DNA from: Stylophora pistillata | Lineage: Eukaryota | Direction: 5' to 3' | Assembly: GCF_002571385.2 (NCBI RefSeq) | Contig: NW_019218015.1 | Coordinates: 325,427 to 389,426 of the forward strand | DNA: 64,000 bases | In this document: piece after piece, positions 59,501 through 64,000 of the stretch | Layout: every line of letters starts with the position of its first letter | Position numbering within the stretch: position 1 is the first letter of the stretch | Translations under genes and position numbers: made by a program | The notes under the pieces: generated by a model | Seen by the model: only the letters and a program-made list of their open reading frames with translations | Database searches by the model: none | What the model was told of the DNA's origin: nothing

Positions 59501-62500
59501 CCTGTTATTTATCGCAAATTGTTGTTTAACTTTAAATGTGTGTCAAATCAAATTATAACATAACCAAAGTAAAGCACGCGCTCTAATTGGTCAATTCAGC
59601 GTCCACCATTTGCCCATGGGTATAAACTGCTGACGTGAGCAACTACAAAGACTAGTTTTCCGCGCACGCTTGTTTTTTTCTGGTCACGTAAGATTTGTTA
59701 AATAAAAGAATACTCTTTTGCTGCAATGTATCAATATTATGTTATAAAACAAATGGTAAACGCCACAGTGTACTCCATTAAGTTATGGATGCACTTGGGA
59801 GGTTTGCTAAGCACCCAAGAAGCTAGAGTCGCGCTCGGCTATCGCCTCGCGCGACTCGTACGCTTCTTCCGTGCTTAGAAACCTTCCACGTGCATCCATA
59901 ACTCAATAGTGTACGCTGTGGTGTTTACCATTTGTTAAATGTTATGTTATAAAACAAACAATAAACGCCACAATGTACACTATAGAGTTATGAATGCACT
60001 TGGGAGGTTTGCTAAACACTCAAGAAGCTAGAGTCGCTCTCGGCTATCGCCTCACGCGACTCTTACGCTTTTCTCGTGCTTAGCAACCTCCCGCGTGCAT
60101 CCATAACTCAATAGTGTACGCTGTGGTGTTTACCATTTGTTAAATGTGCTGACAACAAAAAAGGCTGAAAAACAATTTCGATTTGAATCGTTTTGAGTAC
60201 GACGTGCGTCAGATGAAGCAGGCTGTTCCGCGTGAAAACAAAGCGTCTCACAAACTCCTAACAGACGCAGTAAATATATGATAAGTATCACCACCTCGAT
60301 TAACTCGGCTCCAGTCGCAAATATAGTTTTCCAACAGGGGCAAATTACCTCTATTAGAAGTCTTACAAGGCTCACAGCTTTGCCTGCCTTTTCTTTTAGA
60401 GCTCCACCCTGCGCCACCATTTGAACAACAATCGACTTTCTGTTGCTTGAATACTTTCGCTTTTCCCTTGCATTCTCCAGTTTTTTTAACGTACTTCTTG
60501 TAACAAAATCCTTGCCCGGCAGCACGTCTTGCTTCTGCAAAAAGGAGAAGTGATAACATTTAAAGCGATTACAGGTAGGCTCGAGATAAACCGACACTTA
60601 GCATCAAGTGTTAGGCTGGGGGTGGAGTCGGGGCAAATAATATTTATTAAAGCTTCTTTTTCAGAAGATAATAAACTCAAGTGTCATATGACATCTATTC
60701 CGCCCTACAGAGCGGTCGTCTTCGAGGTATTTAACGAAGAAGCGAGAGTAGAGAAAGAGTACCTGGTCGTTATTTATTGAGCAGCCATACTTAATCTAAA
60801 CACGAAGAAAGCCAGGGGGCTTGGGAAGGAGAGCCAAGAAACCTTCCTCCTCCCCTCAAGTCCTTCTTTGGCATATTATCCATCATCTCTCCCCTCCCTC
60901 AAAAAAAATTTATTTGTCTCCAAAGACTGCCAAGCACTAATGCCAGAAATATAAGTCTGTACAGCCACTTAATGTTTCTCAATCTGAATAAGTTTTAATC
61001 AAATGGGTAAGGAAAATCATACAAAGGTCAAGTCCGTAGTTTCTCCTTAAAATTATGTTAAACGAAAAAAAAACTTAAAAGCTGCATCATTTTTGTAAGA
61101 CGGACTGTTGTTAGCCACAATGTTACCTTTTCAGAGTTTCTGTAAATTTTCAAGAACTCAGTTTTTTTATGTTTAAACTACATTCTGAATTTCTTTCTTC
61201 TCCGAAATCAGGCGACTGTACGTATTCTAAGCAAAAGGAATGTGCAATTTGATACAAGAAAAAGAAGTAAAAACTCCAGTTCTGTTTTTGCTGAAGCGTG
61301 CTTCTGGTGTTAAGTTACTACAAGTTCCTCCTTACACGGCAGCAGGCCGGTTGTATCCCTGCCCTAGTTATTATGTTTACTTAATCAACAATGGCAGGAT
61401 AGAAGATAGGAGACGTTCGATATTTCTGGCACGAAACGTTGAAACTAAAGACTTATTTACAATAGACGCTTCGCTTTTTAATCGGTCCAGAAATTGATTT
61501 AAAAATTTTCAACGCAGACATTATTTTTGGTGACGTAGTCGAGGGAGGTATGTCACGTGGCATTTTGAAGTCCAAGAGAATTGGCCACAAATAGAATAAA
61601 ACCTTCATCTTGACACACTACTTGGTTACTGTAGAAGAACAGCAACGAAGTAGACTAAATCAAAGATAAAAATAACGATTGCAAAGACGAAATACGTTAA
61701 TCCCTAAATCCTTAAGATGGACAAACCACGGCATTGTCACTTAGAGGTCGAGACCCCAATTCCTGTGTGTAAATCGCCCCGGCTTATTCGATGGCTATAT
61801 ATTTTTTATGCGATACGCAGTTGCTCTCCTTCTATTTATCCGATTTGGTAGTCGATGACGAATAGTTACATGCACAGCGCGTTAAGATAAGCCAAAGTAT
61901 GCTTTGTGTTCTCCGGTAAGAATATGCAGTATTTATTACGATCATGAGGCAAAGCAGGCCTCCAAAAACTTTCTTTTTTTTTAGCTACGGAATACCTCAA
62001 TTAAATATATTAACTGATGACTTTAAAATCTGGAAAAAGGACCCAATCCTTGTTAGGCACTGATCCCTGATTATTGAAAAATTACCAGTTTAGGATTTCA
62101 AGTTTTTTTCTGGAACTTTGCCGGTTGCTTGGGATGAATTTGATACCAGTGGTTCTTTCTGGCAGACTAATACAGTTGGCAGGCGGCCCTAAATCAGTCC
62201 ATTTGTGGAACTGAATACTCTGGTATAATCGTTTAAGTTGCAGATCATCCTTTCTCCCTTTCGAGAAGTTTGTTCCATATGCGTGGATGACCGAACGAGC
62301 TAGATTTATCTGTTTAGTGAAAAACGTTTGTTGCTCGAGGAGAACTCTGTGCTCATGGAGAGAAAACGGAATATAAAACTTACTGCGCATGGGGAGGGGG
62401 GAGTGTATTTGAGCTTTATCTTGATATGGGAGAGTGGGTGAGTGTTTTGAAATAAAAACAGTGTACCGTCCATTTTAGGACGAAAAGAAACCTTAGGGAC

Positions 62501-62938
62501 CACAAGCCCTATTAACGACTAATAGATTTGATGTGATAATAGGAAACCAATTACAATGCTAAGAATTGGGAGCAAAGAAAAGGCGTCAGAATGTTACGAC
62601 AGAACGAGAGGCTGGTAAAAGCAGTGTTTATGCTTAGATTAGCCTCCAGAACCGGTGTTATTTTTGCGTTTTTCAGGCGAACGGAGGAAAGTAAGAGGCG
62701 AACGTGAAGTGCAAGTCACGCACAGATGCGAGGATGAATTTTCACCCTAAACTGTTCGCTGGATAAGGTCATTGGGTAGAACGTCTGATACAGGACTGTC
62801 GTCCGAACCCCCCGGAAAATATCTTGCCCGTGGCGAACCTTGATTTATTAATTATCTTTTAAGTTACATACCTGCAATTTGGAGAAAGAAGCCGATACTC
62901 AGAACTAACACGGTCACCAAAACTATCCGCTTGAACAT
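56534..62938 (-). CDS. Secreted properdin-like protein: TB domain, 3 TSRs and a Ser-Gly tail, 306 aa, 6 coding exons
   Basis: Exons 62938-62872 (signal peptide MFKRIVLVTVLVLSIGFFLQIA), 60534-60349 (6-Cys TB-like), 59193-59035, 58394-58221, 57585-57406 (TSRs with WxxWxxWxxC..TC), 56688-56534. All introns phase 1, GT-AG, no stops. Confidence 0.88.
57770..58125. repeat. Intronic tandem duplication of a ~190 bp unit
   Basis: AGTATCTGTA..TACGCCCC..TTGCAG.AATCAGCT..CTGACAGA.CAAGCG..AATTTAACC occurs twice. Confidence 0.75.
59737..60146. repeat. Tandem pair of ~205 bp fold-back (MITE-like) units
   Basis: Each unit reads TTATGTTATAAAAC..GTTATG(G/A)ATGCAC..GCTCGGCTATCGCCTC..GTGCATCCATAAC..TTTACCATTTGTTAAATG. 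Confidence 0.85.
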
Positions 62939-64000
62939 TTTTAAGATACCTTTGTCTCTTGTGGTAGAAATGTTCTTTTGAGGTGTTATAGGCGAGCTTC
63001 AAACAGTTGCAAGGGAGATGAATCGAGCGAACCAAATCTGCAACAAATTTAATCAAATGTTGACCCTTAGAATATTACACGGTGTTGAAATATAACTAAT
63101 GAAATTTACAGCTTGATAATGCGATGATAAGAACCTTTATCGGTTCAATTGAATCGACAAATTGATATAACTGCAGTGAATTGTTTAGGCCTTTGGCAAG
63201 TTGAACTTCGATTGTAAGTGTTTCCTTTCTTTTCTTTCGTAGTTCGAACTACGGAAGGAAAAAAATCTGTAATTCTTGCAAAACTTAAGGAATGGTCTCG
63301 GGAGCAGGGAAAACCTTGGTCCTATGCTTTTTTCATTGCCTTCGACTTTGATATCGGGCAACTGTAAAAGCAGGAAAATTTAAATTGGATGTAGAGGAAA
63401 GTATGGCTCAAGTTCTGATCTTGCTGAAAGCACGTTCTTGTCCTTAGTTCCTCTTTGCCATACAGGAACTTCAGTGCCTGTTAACGTAACTTACTATGTT
63501 TACTGAACCATGAATGGCACTGAGAAGAAGGGCACGATCTGAATACGCGCGAAAGAATCGATCAAGACGCTAGTTGGAATGCCTTTCTCCCTATTAGCAG
63601 ATTTGACTTTCTGACGTATCTTTTCACTGTAGCAAAGCAAAAGATCAATAGAACGCATCATTAAGTGAAATATGTGTGCGTTAAAGAGGATGACAAATTG
63701 CTAATTTTTTTCGCGTGCGCCAGTGTTGACAAAGTTAAAACAAGAGATGGTGATCTTTTATGAAGCCATAAATAACTTACCCAGTCATTGCTGATAATCG
63801 TTGAAACTGGTATTTGGCGCGCGGCGAAAACGCGAAACAGACTTAGAAACGATGCAGTTAGACAACAATTACATGCTTATCGACCGCATGGGAAATAACT
63901 GACCTGAAATGACGGGTGGGTGCACCGGGTACTTGTTAGCTAAATCGAACACAAGCTGTTAGAATATTCATAAGAAAAGCATTGACTACTTACTAAATTT

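Noticed and set aside
60130-60597. 155-aa ORF as the coding frame
   Set aside because: Splice phases select the overlapping Cys-rich frame (60349-60534).
20304-62938. A single coadhesin-like TSR plus VWA gene
   Set aside because: The TSR gene has its own stop (56534), the VWA gene has its own signal-peptide exon, and three UGT loci lie between them.

Overview
Eukaryotic, intron-rich, AT-rich scaffold with N-gaps. Gene content and repeat types suggest a cnidarian, probably a stony coral (inference). Four apparently intact spliced genes lie on the minus strand, reconstructed by hand with consistent GT-AG intron phases. (1) A secreted protein with two VWA domains (6 coding exons, 20304-37809, 405 aa) whose introns are inflated by nested transposons. 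(2, 3) Two 5-exon UDP-glycosyltransferases (43348-47332 and 50462-54327, 501 aa each) flanking a UGT pseudogene. (4) A secreted 306-aa protein with a properdin-type 6-Cys TB domain, three thrombospondin type 1 repeats (TSRs), a Ser-Gly tract and a G-RKKR processing site (56534-62938). The rest is mobile DNA: two decayed DDE transposases (one hAT/ZMYM1-like, one unusual), a young CR1-group LINE present twice across a 1-N join (probably an assembly artefact), a decayed esterase-ORF1 LINE, a Ty3/Gypsy fragment inside a PIF/Harbinger-like element, SINEs, MITEs, Penelope-type palindromes with hammerhead-like cores, minisatellites and two local duplications. No CRISPR, rRNA or genuine tRNA genes were found.
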